This document shows, in pieces, positions 1-13,306 of a DNA stretch of 64,000 nucleotides. The position numbers and the translations under genes were made by a program. Source of the stretch: Cycas panzhihuaensis (Eukaryota; Plantae; Cycadophyta); contig CM041465.1 of assembly GCA_023213395.1 (NCBI GenBank), positions 139,321,741 to 139,385,740 on the forward strand, read 5' to 3'. Every line of letters starts with the position of its first letter. Positions within the stretch are counted from its first letter, which is position 1. The notes under the pieces are model-generated. The model had not been told where the DNA came from. It made no database searches and saw only the letters and a list, made by a program, of their open reading frames with translations.

Positions 1-3000
1 AAGTCCATACTTTAGAGTCAATTCCGTTCCTATAAATGTCTATCATATACTCATTTTTATAGTAGTAGGTACAACTAACATTTTGATTATTATTAGGAAT
101 GAAATTATTCCTTTCTTAGAATATTGGTTTAGGTGAATTTTAATTTTTTGGTGGTCCTGAGTACTTAGTATTTTGATTATAATTATTTAAAGTAGAATCT
201 CTTTTTAAAACTTAAGATGACTATTGTGGTTATTTTGATAATTATTTTGGTTTATGGATTTGTGTTATGGTTTAGACTTTAAAAAATGACCCTGAGAATG
301 ATCTTGAATTTTTCTAGTTTATATTAACATAGTCTAGTATTCAACTAGTTGATTTATTAATTGAGTGAACGTAATTGGAGGGTATCCACACTATTGTCTG
401 GTAATTTTATATCGATTGAAAGATTTACGAAGTTTATTAATAGCTAAACAAACAATTGTATCGTCATCTTTTGCATGAGTAATAATTACAATTTTATCAT
501 GTATTTTTGTTGAAGATTTAATACAAGTTCCTAAATCTATATTTATGAGTTAAAGGTTTGATAAAAAATCTTCAACTCTATAGAAATCTTTATACTTTAA
601 CTCATACATCTTTTGTTCAAGAATAGTGACTTGTTATGTATCTACCTTATTATATTTTTCCTTAAACTTAGCCTAAACAATGGCAAGATCATCTATGTTA
701 GAGAATTGCCTACATATATCTAGCGAGAAAGAGGTTAAGATGGTACTTAGGGCTCCATCACAGCTCATCAAATAAATCATGTAAGTTTTTGATTTTATGT
801 CTATAGGTTTCACAAATTCTCTAATTTCTAGAGCTTTTGTTATTTAAGTTAGTTAGATACTTTCACTTGCCAATCAGTATAATTTCTGCTAGTTAAACCT
901 GAAATTGATATAGAGGAGGTTATCCCTGGTATGATTGTCATTTTGTAAGTAGAAACCTAATCTCAAAGATCCTCTTTTAATGAAAAATAAAGGAAAGGAT
1001 AAGGTGATTATAAAGAAAAAAATAAGCTTCAAAATTGAAACATTTAAGCCACAATTATTATATTAAGATAATCACAATATTTATTTCAATAATTAAGGAA
1101 AAGTATCATTGATTTAATATAGATAAATATGCATAAATGTTTGTGAATGAATTGTGAAAGTTTATGAATAAAATAAGAAAGTTAATGCTTTAATATATTA
1201 AAAATTGATTACAAATGCTTTGAAATTATGTTTTAATCATATAGATCAATAATAATAATAAATTTATAAATATTTATATTTGATTATAATATTATTCATA
1301 ATAAATAACATTAAGATAATAGTTAAATTGCTAATAAATAAATTGAATGAATTTATTAAAAAGTACGTAATAAGATGATTTGATTAATTCATCAATTTAA
1401 CAAATGATTAATAACGTATTAAATTAAAGTAATAACATTAAAACATTATAAAGAAATTTACTAGTTTAGGTTATATACCTGAACTTACCTAGTCTTGATT
1501 AGTTTTGTTGACTTTGCATGAGGTTTTCCTAATCAAAATGGCCCCAAAAATGCTCAAGTGTCTGGTCAAAATGTCAACGCCTGAGTCAAAATTTTGACAC
1601 AACTTTTGGAACTGAATTATGATTTCAAATGATGAAGTTATTATAAAAAATGTATAAGTACCATTTTGAAATATGGGGGGCCTAAGTATTAAGGGGTTAA
1701 GCCACTTTCATAATAGGCATGAGGTTATACAGGTGAATGATGATTGGAGGTTAGTAGACCTGAACTTTTAATTAACTAAATTAAAATATTTTTATAATTA
1801 CAAAAATATTAAATCAAATTTAAGAATTGTTTAGATTCTGCCCAAATGCGAAAGCAAAATATTTGATGTCTGTTTAAATACAAAATAAACTATGTTAAAA
1901 TATTTCATCAAATATTTATCAAATTTTTAGAGTTTTTAACTAGATTTTTTTCGAAAAACTGCAGGCAACAATCATTTGATTTTTTTGCATCTTTAGTTTC
2001 TTCGCATATGGCATCTGAGATCGACGATTTGCATTTGATTTTTCCTTACATCCTTAAGTAATAAAAATTCAATGATGGCATTGAATCTTCAACTTTGCGT
2101 TTGTGTTTAAGGTGTCTTTGTATTTGTCTGTGTGCAGTTGTGGTTCTATACTCTACGTGAAGATTGTAACGGTGTCTTCAATCTACATCATTGTAGCTTG
2201 AATTTGAGTTAGGCAGCACATTCATTTATAAATCTATGTTGGTCAAGTATTATAGGCATGTGTACCTCCTTTAGTAGTCTAATGCAATAGAGTGGTGTGT
2301 ACAATCTATAACTATCGACACATCTGAGAGGACCGCACCATTTGTAGGGTTGTCAAGATTGTTTAGCCGAAAAAAAAAAAGCTAGCTTATCATTATTGTC
2401 ACCGATGCATGGACATGGGTGCTCTTATGAGAGATATGATAGATGAAGCTGCAAAGCGGGGATTGTCTCTATTGGCTATCGTATACTGGGATGATGTCTC
2501 TTGACCCAAGTAGACCCTAATTTAAAATTGCATCATTATCTCTTGAAACACTGCGAACAACCTACCAAATCACCATCACTTTAGAGTCCATGTTCAAGCA
2601 TTTTTTCCCCTATAATATTAACAATACAAAGCCATGCTTGGTTCCATAGTTACTGGCTATAAGATTCATCTATAATTTGCAATGAAACATGCTCTAATAT
2701 CATGTTGGACAGAGGGTATCATTATCAATCCATAGGCATAATATCAATTAAATTGCACATGAATTCATCAGGCATTAAACTCAAATCCATTCACATAATG
2801 CACACCAAATTTGGTAGGTAGAAAACTCCTATAAGGGAGGAAAAACCACCTCATAAAATAGTAATATTATTAGAATAAAAATTAGATATATATACAAACC
2901 AATATGAGGATCCTATCCTCTCTCTTCTCTACTAGCTTGACCTAATCCCATTTAGCCAACCTCATACATAAATGATTCTTGAATAATTATTTCAAGAAGA

Positions 3001-3129
3001 TAGAGTAAAGTTTGTTGAAATGGACAACCATCCATTTTATTAAACTTTTAGTAAATAATAATTAAATAAATAATAATAATAATTAAGATTTACAAAGATA
3101 ACATTAGAAGATAAAGATTATTTCTAACA
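1..3129 (-). mobile_element. 5' part of a degenerate Ty1/copia element (5' LTR ~2703-3129, PBS, gag remnant), running off the left edge of the window
   Basis: The LTR-like block reads TGTTGG(2703)...CTAACA(3129). GCTCTAATATCA at 2691-2702 is the reverse complement of a decayed tRNA-iMet PBS (TGGTATCAGAGC). Minus-strand translation of ~400-850 resembles copia gag (...KFKEKYNKVDT*QVTILEQKMYELKYKDFYRVEDFLSNL...), and a decayed zinc knuckle (CTYYYKNEYMIDIY) lies near 30-85. Linking the LTR to this gag is an inference. Confidence 0.55.
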
Positions 3130-4400
3130 CAGTCGATATAAATTATTCTCTCAAAGTCCTTTAGCTTTAATATTATTCTATTTATCTTAGACTTTACATT
3201 ATCCTCAAGAAAATGTTATCATTGTGTCTTGTTATTTAATCTCACCAACTAGAACAAGGTTAACCTTTAGAGTTAGTACATATAAAACATTATCTAAGTA
3301 TTATTATTCTTCATTTGACGAGATAATTGGTACTTTTCCAACTCCTATGGCCTTTAAATTGGTGGCATCCCCAATGGTGACCTTTTGATTCGCTTCCCAT
3401 ATTTCAAAGGACCATTCTAACCTTCTAGTCATGTGTCTTGATGTATTAAAATCAATGAACTAGATATCTTATTCATCAAAACCTATTTTGTATACTACAA
3501 CAAATAATCGTTTTGAAATCTCACCATGTGTGTTCTTTATTATATCTAAAATGTAACCATGTTGCCTAGGTGGTCATTGTTATCATCATTGTTACCTTTA
3601 TCATTGGGGTTGATGTTATTATTATGAACATTACTAATGCTGCCATTCTTAATAATCCTTTTTTATGTGACCCAATTTCCTAAAATAATAATACTTTGGC
3701 TTATATTATCCCTTTGAAGCTCTTGGTTTATCCTCTTTAACTACAAGTTCAAAAAACATATTTTTCTTTAAAATAAATGGATTTTTTTAATTTGATTTAG
3801 ATGGCAATGCTTCAGACAATTCACCATGAATATATTTAAACTTTTGCTCATTTTCCATAAGTAGTGATTCTAAAAAACTAATTATTAGAGTGGACAATTT
3901 ATCTACCAAACTTATCAAGAATTATCTCACCTATAATCACTAATTGATCTTGAATTGATCTCGCATGTCATATGTCATCCATCACATTCCTAGTCATCTT
4001 CAAGTTGTATAGTTGACTCTACAACTTTAGGGCTCCAATGTCATCTTTATACTCAAATATGTTCATAGTCATGTCCCATATTTATTTTAGTCTAATAGCT
4101 TCCTTGATATGTAAGATGATGCTGCCACTGATCAACATGCTAAGAAAGCTAAATATGATCTATATCTTTAATTAATATTCAATATTAAAGTAGCAATAGT
4201 AGTCAATTTAGTTACAGATGCAGTAATCTCTTTAGTAGCTTTATCCTTAACTGACTTATCTACATAGTTCTAGAGATCATTCAAATGAAAAAACTTAAAT
4301 ATATAATGCTCCTAAACAATGTAATTCTCAGGACCTGTAAGTCTTTTTATGACTATTCTCATTATACCACCACTATTAGATATTTTAAGTAAAAAGTAAA
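3130..4400 (-). mobile_element. Degenerate Ty1/copia gag-protease fragment
   Basis: The minus strand reads MRIVIKRLTGPENYIV*EHYIFKFFHLNDL*NYVDK (copia gag N-terminus). A protease-like *FIDFNTSRHMT motif lies near 3425-3465. There are many stops. The family appears to be the same as 47400-48640. Confidence 0.8.
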
Positions 4401-4644
4401 TAAAAAAGAAATTAAAAAGAGGATAAACAAGCATAGAAATTAAAAATAAAAGTTATAAAATTCTTCAATCTATATGTAGGTAGTTGGTATGAGTGGATTT
4501 GCTACCTCAGGCTACTCATAAGTAGCTAAAATATCACAAAAAATATAAAATTTTATTTTTTTACTAGAAAATTATACAAAAATGTAGTATGTGACTACTA
4601 CCAAATCATAGATCTAAAAATATTAGGCACTATGGTATATTTAT

Positions 4645-4941
4645 TGAAAAGAGTGGATCTATCCTTCATCTCCATGCACTAAACACAAAGGCAAACATGG
4701 GAGCAAGAGAGACTTGAGAGAAAGAAAGTAGCTCTCACAAAATGGGGAGGTAAGAATGAATCTCCTCCATTGAGCTTTACTTTTATATTGAGAGAGGGAG
4801 CATTTGAGTTAGGTGAAATGAAATTACACATAATGCACATGAAAGTGTATTTCACTTAAGTGATCTAATTTAAAGTTCACTTAAGACCCTTTTTCGAAAT
4901 AATCAACTAATGTAATGACCTTATGTCATTAACCCTTTTCA
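4645..4941. mobile_element. 297-bp solo LTR with perfect 5-bp TSD
   Basis: Inverted termini TGAAAAG...CTTTTCA, with TTTAT on both sides (4640-4644, 4942-4946). The duplicate copy (~23710) has a single TTTAT, i.e. the empty site. Confidence 0.9.
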
Positions 4942-5548
4942 TTTATTTTCTCAAAACAAATATTTAATTGTAAAAAAAATATTCTTAGTACCCAAATAAC
5001 CATATAACTAGGGCTAGCAGGTAGTGAGTTTAGTCGCAAACCTCAAAATTAAACCTAATGCAATTTAGTTTCATATAAATATTAGAAAACGTAAATACTT
5101 TTAACCCAATGCTTTATATAGAATATTCCCTATAAAATATTCTCCAAAGAGGTATAGGTGACAAATGAAGCCCTTTAAAAAATATGCTTTTTCACTAAAA
5201 TGGAGTTGTTTCATCCAAAAAGATTGATATCACTACATTGTCAAACTATTAATGATTAATTTGATAGGTCATTGTTAGTACTTTTATGGATAATTTCATC
5301 ATTGGGTATGTAAAAAATGATTGTCTTCCTTGTCCTCCTTGTTCAAACTTTGACCTTCATTGGGCTTCTATTTCAAAACTTACAATATGTAATATGGAGT
5401 TCCCTTTCTTACACTTAGTTCTTATACTATGACATCTAGTTTTATATATGTGACCCTCAAATGAGCATATTACTCACTCATTATAATGTATATTTATGTG
5501 TTGGCATCTTTTGGCCTTCCAATGAGCATCGCACTATAAATATGTGAT

Positions 5549-8168
5549 TGTGTTAAGCCTTCACCACATGTTAGAGGACTATCATATTAAAAGGTAAGGT
5601 AGGTTAAGTAGGTTAAGGTTAGGAGTATTTAATAATAGAAAAAATATATAATTAGTTAGCTTAGTGGTAAAATAATATAATAATAGGGTGATCCTTCTAT
5701 ATATATAATACCCTACTCATTGTACTATTATGTTGATGAATATAATCTCATTGAGCCTCATTTCATTGTCTTTTAGTTCTCTTTTGGTGCTCTTCATATC
5801 CATCTTCTACTCTATCCATCTCTACAATTTTCTACTTTTCTTATTCTTCTTCACATATTATTGTGATAACAAGTATTACCCTATTATACCCGGTTTTGAG
5901 CAAGATTATTTGGTAATTTTTTTTTTCTACTACCTTAATGCAAGGTTTTGAAGGCATATCCAAGAGTATAAATGCTAAAATTTTTAAAAAACAATGGCAA
6001 ATTTGACCTAAATAGATCATTCTATAAACTTTGAGCAGTTACACTATAGATTTTAAGGTGAAAGTATAAAAACCATATGAGTTTTAATTTTTTCCTATTT
6101 TTTATCACTAATTTTATAATCAAATCTACTACCTCGACTTTAAATGACCATAACTTTAGCTACAAGTATCTAAATGACCTCAAATATTTTTTGATCTCAT
6201 GAATTTTGAAGTCTATTTTCCAATGGAAGTGGTCTTAAGTTGATCAATACTTAGAACAAAAAGTAAACAATATCTTATTAGAAGGTACTATTATAGTCCT
6301 AAAAACTTTACGAGTAAACCTCCTTAAAATAAGTATATCTTTTGATACAAACATCAAAATTTAATTTTATTTGTACCATAGGAACCCTAATTTAGAGACC
6401 ACTATTTTAGATTATATTTTATTAACTTTAAAACTATTATTTATTAGATATTTAAAATTAAATTAAATTATTTTATTTTGCAAAGGTTTATTCTAGTATT
6501 TCTTTTTGTATTATTTTAGGCCATTCAGACTTTGGCTTCTATCTCATTGCTCTTAAGGCTATAAAAAGAGAAAAAGAATGGACCTAAGGGATTCTATAAA
6601 TATACTCTAATATTATGAAACAATGGGTCTTAGTGATTGGTTCTTTGACTTTGAGCAATTCTTTTTCAATTATAGTGATGACCTTGACCTCTCCAACTTT
6701 GAGATGGATAGACACATTTGATTTTATGATTAGGTTACCACTTTTTAATAGGTCTTTGAATATTATTCTAAAGTTTATTACTTCAAACGTGACTATCCCA
6801 AGATTCTATTTATTATGTAATACTTAGATGTGGATCTTCATAGAAAGATTTAGGTATGGTATGACTCACTTTCAGAACTAGATTGGATATCCTTCAAGAT
6901 GGAACTTTAGAGAGAAATAAGAGCCTGTATACTTATTGAAGCTCTCGTAGAAGTAGTTTTGGAGAACTATGATTACTCAACTAAAGAGGACGAAGAGGAC
7001 CAAGATCACCCAAATAAAGAAAAAAGTGGAAAAAATGATGATTGAGGATGAGCATATTGAAGTCCCTTTCTCTGTTTGTACCATATAATGATAAGAACGA
7101 TTAGGTCTTTATCACTAAACTATATTATTTTAGTCTTAATGGTTTTGTCACTTTTAATGATTGGTTTGTATCCATGCTCACATACTTTGAAGAGGTCAAC
7201 TTGACAAAGTATCGCAAGCTTTGTCTAGGTTTCAGCAATTGGAAGGTCCCCTGAAATTATGGGAACGAGGGTGGTGTCAAAATGCTTTTAGGCCAAATTA
7301 GGATCTCTTCATTTTTATACTTCGCCAATAGATTGAAGCACTAATTCCTAACCATAGTAACCTTTTGGAATGAGAGGCCAAAGAAAAAGAAGAAGAAGAG
7401 GAAAAGGAAGAAAAAAAAAAAGATGACATAGGGGTAACTGTATCTTTTCAATCCCCTATATTTGAGATCTATTTTTCTTTGGATTGGTAGGTTGAAATAT
7501 CTTCACTTGAAAGGATAATAATCAAATTGACACCATCAATATTTAGGTTATAGGAGCATTTTAGTCCTCATTTTTATAGACCCACAATTTACTACACCAT
7601 AGGCCCTCATTTTTTTGATAATGATATCCATCCAGAAGGGCCACATTTTTTTAGTGTATGTTCATGCTTAATGAAAGATGTATATATGTTAATAAGTGTA
7701 GTGATAATTTCTATATCATGGCACAAGGACAATGTATCTACAGATAACATTTACGCAACGACAGGTGGTGGACACATGTATTTTTATATTAAGATGCTTG
7801 AAATTAAAGCATCTAAGGGGGGAGGGTATGCAGTGAGCCTTCACCACATGTTAGAGGATTATCATGTTAAGAGGTTAAGTAGATTAAATAAGTTAAGATT
7901 AAGAGTATTTAATAATAGGAAAAATATATGATTGGTTAACTTAGCAATAAAATAATATAATAATGGGGTGATTCTTCTATATATACGACACCATATTCAT
8001 TATAATATTATGTTGATGAATATAATCTTATTAGAGTTTACTTCAGTGCCCTTCGATTCTCTTTTAGTGCTCTTCACATCCATCTTTCACTTCATCCATC
8101 TCCATAATTTTTGGTTCCTCTTGCTCTTCTTGATATATTGTTGTAGTAACATGTTTTGCCCCATTACA
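5549..8168 (+). mobile_element. Non-autonomous LTR element (~2.6 kb, ~340-bp LTRs, no recognisable pol)
   Basis: Direct repeats at 5549-5888 and 7829-8168, about 80% similar. A PBS-like site follows the 5' LTR (TGGTTTCAGAGC in copy 2). A polypurine tract (AA-G6-AGGG) precedes TGCAGTG at 7829, and the 3' LTR ends in ...CATTACA. No TSD is recoverable. Confidence 0.8.
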
Positions 8169-9659
8169 ACAATTACTGTTTCATATAGTAATGCTTGAAT
8201 GCTTACTTACCCATTGTTTTCCATCTAAGTTCCTCTTCATGATATTCCTCTTCAATGGCCATTCTCCTTCTTGTGGTGTTTAATCCATTATTATGGCATT
8301 AATAGTGTCCTTTACTTTCCTATTATGGCTTTTACCTACAAGTCAATGGGCAGTGTTGTTGTGATTTAATGGTGGGGTATCGATCCTAGGTGAAGGCATT
8401 GCAATTTCCTTTTTTGATCGACTGATTCAATTAATCAAAACTCACAGTAGGTCACCATTTAGTTTACAAGTTACCAATTCTATTGTGCAAGTTGCTATGA
8501 AAAGTTACACAATAGATAGGCTAGTAAAACATTATTTGACTATAACTTATAGTCATAAACCTTAGAGTATGCAATTTAGAATATTCTACTTTTAATAAAA
8601 GCCAACTCTAAAGGTTAAAACAATCTTTTAATACACATTTCAACATTGACTTTTTAATGGAGTCTAGTAGCCCCTTTTCAAAGATTTATAAAATTGATTT
8701 TTAATACCTTCTTTTATCATCTTCATCAATATTTTTCCACTTTAAATGGTAGATTTATCATTATGCCAGCATAGTCCTTCAATAAAGTCTAGCACAATAT
8801 CTTCATTGGCCATCGCATTATTTCTAGTAGCCCCTTTAGTTTTCAACGATTTTAATAAGAGGATCCTTTAACAACAATCCATAGCAATATAACAGAGTTT
8901 GTCAATATGAGGTATATTTACAACTTGAGATTTCTTCAACAACAATTGAATGGAGGTCCATTCATGACAGATCAAAATGGTCCAATAACTCAACAAAGTC
9001 TTCCTACCTGCATGCATAACTAGCCATCCATAGAAGTTATTCCCTAATCACACTCATAGACCACAATTGTCTTACCCTTTCTTATTTGTATTTCAATACT
9101 CATCACTCACACATTGCTCTCATTAGGCCATATTTAACTCAGTTATACATGTAGAGAAATCTTTTTCCCTCATCTCATCTTGCATTCATTATATTTGCAT
9201 TAGACCTCCATATATACTGCTCCCTAGCTTTCTTTCAAACCTAAATTATTTGTACCATCTATCCCTTTACTTTGCATATATCTCTTTGTTGTATCCATCT
9301 CTATAGAATACCCATCTTACCATCTATCCATCATTCTCCATCTCTTTAGTATCAACACCTCGTATGTATCTTTCTCCAATTTTATTTGCAGACCCTAAAT
9401 CATTCATGTCACCTATTGCCTACACTTCAACTTTCATTCTTGACACATCCCTGTCATACACTTTTATATCTTAATCTCGCTCATCTCTGTTATTTCTCAT
9501 TAACTTCATTCCACTCTCTATTTTTTGTATATCTCTCTTTGACATAATTATCATTTGTATTAAATATTTGTAACATATCTTAAACCTTATTCCTTAGCCT
9601 TGTCGTATTAATACTCTATGTCTGTTACTACCTCTCGATCTCCTCCATAAGCCACCCTC

Positions 9660-10633
9660 CTATTATATCTTTTAGGTAGCTCTAGGGTATAAGTTATTAA
9701 TATAACTATTAATAGCTGGGAGAACCTACTTTGCACCCTCAATGACAAATTGGCACAAGCTTAAAATAGGATGAAATAGGAGATTGATCAATACCATTTA
9801 GAGTACTTATTAACCAAAGGAGATATGATCTTCTTGAACTTCTAAACTTACAAATAGACATTATTAAAGCATAAAGGTATAAACTTGTTTCAAAATTATA
9901 TGGGCTATATTATATGATATAAAAGATCAAAAAAATTTCTTATAAGTTGGATCCACCTCTATCCTCCAAGATATATTTAGTTTTATATTTGTCTTATTTG
10001 AAGAAGGTTTTGGGATAATAGATGCACATGTAATCATCACTGCCTGAGTCGGATGATGAAGGATTTATCATGCTTATGCCAAAAGTAATCCTATAATGTC
10101 AAATGTGCCAACTTTAAAAGCATGATACTATAGAAGTTTTAATGTAATGGCAAGGCATGTAATGAAAAGATGCAATATGGAAACCTCTTCACAAACTCTA
10201 ATAATAGTTTTCAACATTCAAGTCCCAAAGGAAATACTCTTCAAAGATAGAAGGCATATTAGGACCATTGTGTCATAATTATCTATTATATGGAGGCATG
10301 TAATACTCATAATATATAAAGCATTGTAAATGTCATATAACTCGTGTATTTATTTTTGTATATAATGAATCATCTTACATGCACGATTTAATAATATAAT
10401 TGAGATAAGTCTCTCATTTATATTTGTAATTTTTATAGTCTTAAGGATATCTTTGAATCTCTTGTAATTGAGCTTTGCTCTTAAGGAGGTTACCCCTTTG
10501 AAGAAACCTATGATTGTAAGTGATTCCTTATGAATATTAACATACTCATGATTTTGGTAATCCTATGATTTGATTTATATTTTTTAATATATTATTATTT
10601 TTAATATTCATAATTATAAGTAGTATGATATTA
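9660..10633 (+). mobile_element. 3' end of a Ty3/gypsy element (integrase C-terminus/chromodomain remnant, PPT, 3' LTR 10257-10633)
   Basis: ~9840-10020 reads KLVSKLYGLY...SYKLDPPLSSKIYLVLYLSYLKKVLG, against the consensus KLAPKFYGPY...AYKLDLP..SKIHPVFHVS.LKK. 10257-10633 aligns with the LTR at 31672-32035. Confidence 0.8.
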
Positions 10634-13306
10634 ATACTCCAACATGGCTTTGTTGGTTTTAGTTAGAAGCAATGATAATAGACCTAATAATAGACAAAGA
10701 ATAGATGTAAGGTGAGTGTAGGATAAGTAATAAGACATAAAAGAGATGAAGTATATATGAAGATGAAACATAATGAATTAGAAACTTTAAATTTTTAGAA
10801 AGAAATAAGTACATACTTATAGAACATCTCATCCTATGTGAGAACCCTCAAGGTTAAGCTCTATGTGTTGGCATACTTATTAAGGTAGCACACATGTTAA
10901 TATGATTATGAATATAAAAATCAAATAATACATGAAAGAGTGTTAATAAGGTTAAAATATAATTACATATTATGTCTAATATTTCCTCCTATTACATGCA
11001 ATTACATCAAATGAAATGTCATATCAAAAGCATAAATCTTGTTTTCAAATCTTTGCTAGATCAAGTTATTTTAATAATCATAAAGTATTATTGACATCTA
11101 TATAAAGTGAGCTCCATCCACTAGACCACATGGGTAACCAACTACTATGACTATCAGTTAACTAGGTTATTTCATTATGTATATAGTTTTTCTAGTGCCA
11201 TGTTAGCTATATTTTAGAAACACATTATCCTACATGGCTGAACAAGTGAGCTAAAAGTCAAATACAAGAGTAGTACAAAGGATGTCCCAACTCTTGCCAA
11301 ATTAGACTTAAGAGGAATTGTCATTAGCTATGATGGCTAGAAATACATCATAAATGGATCTATGACCTCATATAAGGGATTTATAGCCTCCTGAATTACC
11401 TCTAAGGGCTTACAAATATCTCTATGGGATTATAATTGTCATTATGGGCTATCAAATATCCAATAATATAATATAATATTAACTTAAAATGACATGAAAA
11501 GAGAACGTGACTTAATATATTAATTAATGGCTCTCTCTCTAAATGACAAATTTAATAAAATTTTAATGTAAAGTGGGTTCTCTGAAGCCTAAAAAGATCC
11601 TATATGATAAAGTTTATATTTACACCCCTATTTTGGGATATATCACATTAATATAAATGATATCAAATAGTATGAAACCTTTGAAAATGAAGAAAAATGC
11701 CTAAATGTAATAAACAATTTATTCATTCATACATATCTATCTATCTATATACACAACCTAAAATTTCTACATCAAATTAACTCTAATATACTTTATATAA
11801 CCTATTAAATGAAAGAGGGTTGAGCTAGCTTTCTAGTGCAATTTTCAAATCTGATATCCATATTTATATGCCCAAGATATAGCCAAAAAGGCAAAGTCAT
11901 GCTTTTATAAAATAAAAGGAGATTAAATAATAGGGAATTAGCCCATTTCATATTAAGTTGTTAGTTGTCTGGTACCTTTATATAACTAAGGGTTGATCCA
12001 CTAAAGGCTAGCAAATTTTAAATATTATTAAATATGGTTAATTTCATTTTCACAAATGTAAGAAGTTAACCATTTCAAATGGAATTTTAAGTCCACCATT
12101 GTAAATAATTTACTTGCTCAAAATATTACATTGAAATATTTATCAATTTTTTTTTGATATCATCTAATTTGTTTAGGATTTTATTATGAATTTATAGGTT
12201 TTATAAAAAAAAAAAGTATTATTTTATGTGGCATCACTTCATGTGTACCTAACTTTTTATTTTCTTTATTGCATCTCATTCAAGACTTTAACTGCAAGAT
12301 TTAACATACTTTGTGATGCCTTTGCATCATTTTCATTTCTCATTTGGGCCTCTTCCGTCTATTCCACTATAGTATATATCTAGATCTACATCATATGAAT
12401 AATCTTTGTCTTCAATGCCATAGATGTTTCCATTGCTTCCATGTTCTATTTGGATCCTCTTCTATATGCCATGATCTATATTTTGGGATATAATCACTTT
12501 CCTTTGTATGCTCTATATCCTTCTTCATTTTTTCTTCATTGTCTATATATAGCAGTCATGGGGTATTTCATTCTCTTTGACTATTTCTCTTTGAACTCTA
12601 TTCTTTTGATATAAAATTGTTGATGATGTCTACTTTCACAGCAAGGGTTTCATCTCCCTCAATGAGACCTTTCTTTAACACCTATAGGTCGAAAGTATAT
12701 TTAGGTGAATATGTGGTTATGTTCAGTCTCCATAATCAATAATAGAAAAGAAAAGAAAAAAAAAAAACATACATTATTCTTTTCTTTTACCCATCTTTAT
12801 AAATCTAACCCCTTCATATTTATATAAGTATCATATCAACATTTTGATATACATCCTTGAATATATTAATAAAGAGATTTATAAGGCTAAAAGAGCTTCT
12901 AACAACATACAAGCACTTACGCAGTAGATAACAAAATAAAATACCAATATTAAAACTTTATAGATAAAAGAAATATGCTCTATTTTCTACTTTAAAAATA
13001 TTATATTTATGGTCTTTATGAAACATTTATCTATAACATTATTATTGGCCTATATGTATAAAAATATAGGTTGTAGAATATATATCAAAATCCATAGTTT
13101 TTCATATAAATCTCCTCATTTTATAGTTCATAAATAGCTTTACATCAACTTTAAAACAACCTTTAATATGACTTAAAACTAGTAATAAATTAGTCCCAAA
13201 AATATTTTAAAAATAGTAGTAAAATAACCCTTAAATTTTGTATTTATAACATTGTAAAAAATCCAAAAAAATGTATTGAAATATAACTCACTAATATCTT
13301 TGAAAA

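Larger units (their letters stand above)
3228..9659 (+). repeat. Segmental duplication, copy 1 (partner 22296-28422)
   Basis: Colinear and about 98% identical by eye to 22296-28422, from CTTGTTATTTAATCTCACC to TAAGCCACCCTC. Copy 1 has an extra 302 bp (a solo LTR plus one TSD copy). Confidence 0.97.

Noticed and set aside
2703-3129. Solo LTR
   Set aside because: The flanks do not form a TSD (TATCA vs CAGTC) and a PBS abuts it, so it is better read as a 5' LTR.
5730-8198. Duplicated hydrophobic ORFs (5730, 6615, 7968 and their copies) as small membrane-protein genes
   Set aside because: They lie in the LTRs or internal region of a non-autonomous element. Their conservation reflects the recent duplication, and one copy is frameshifted.
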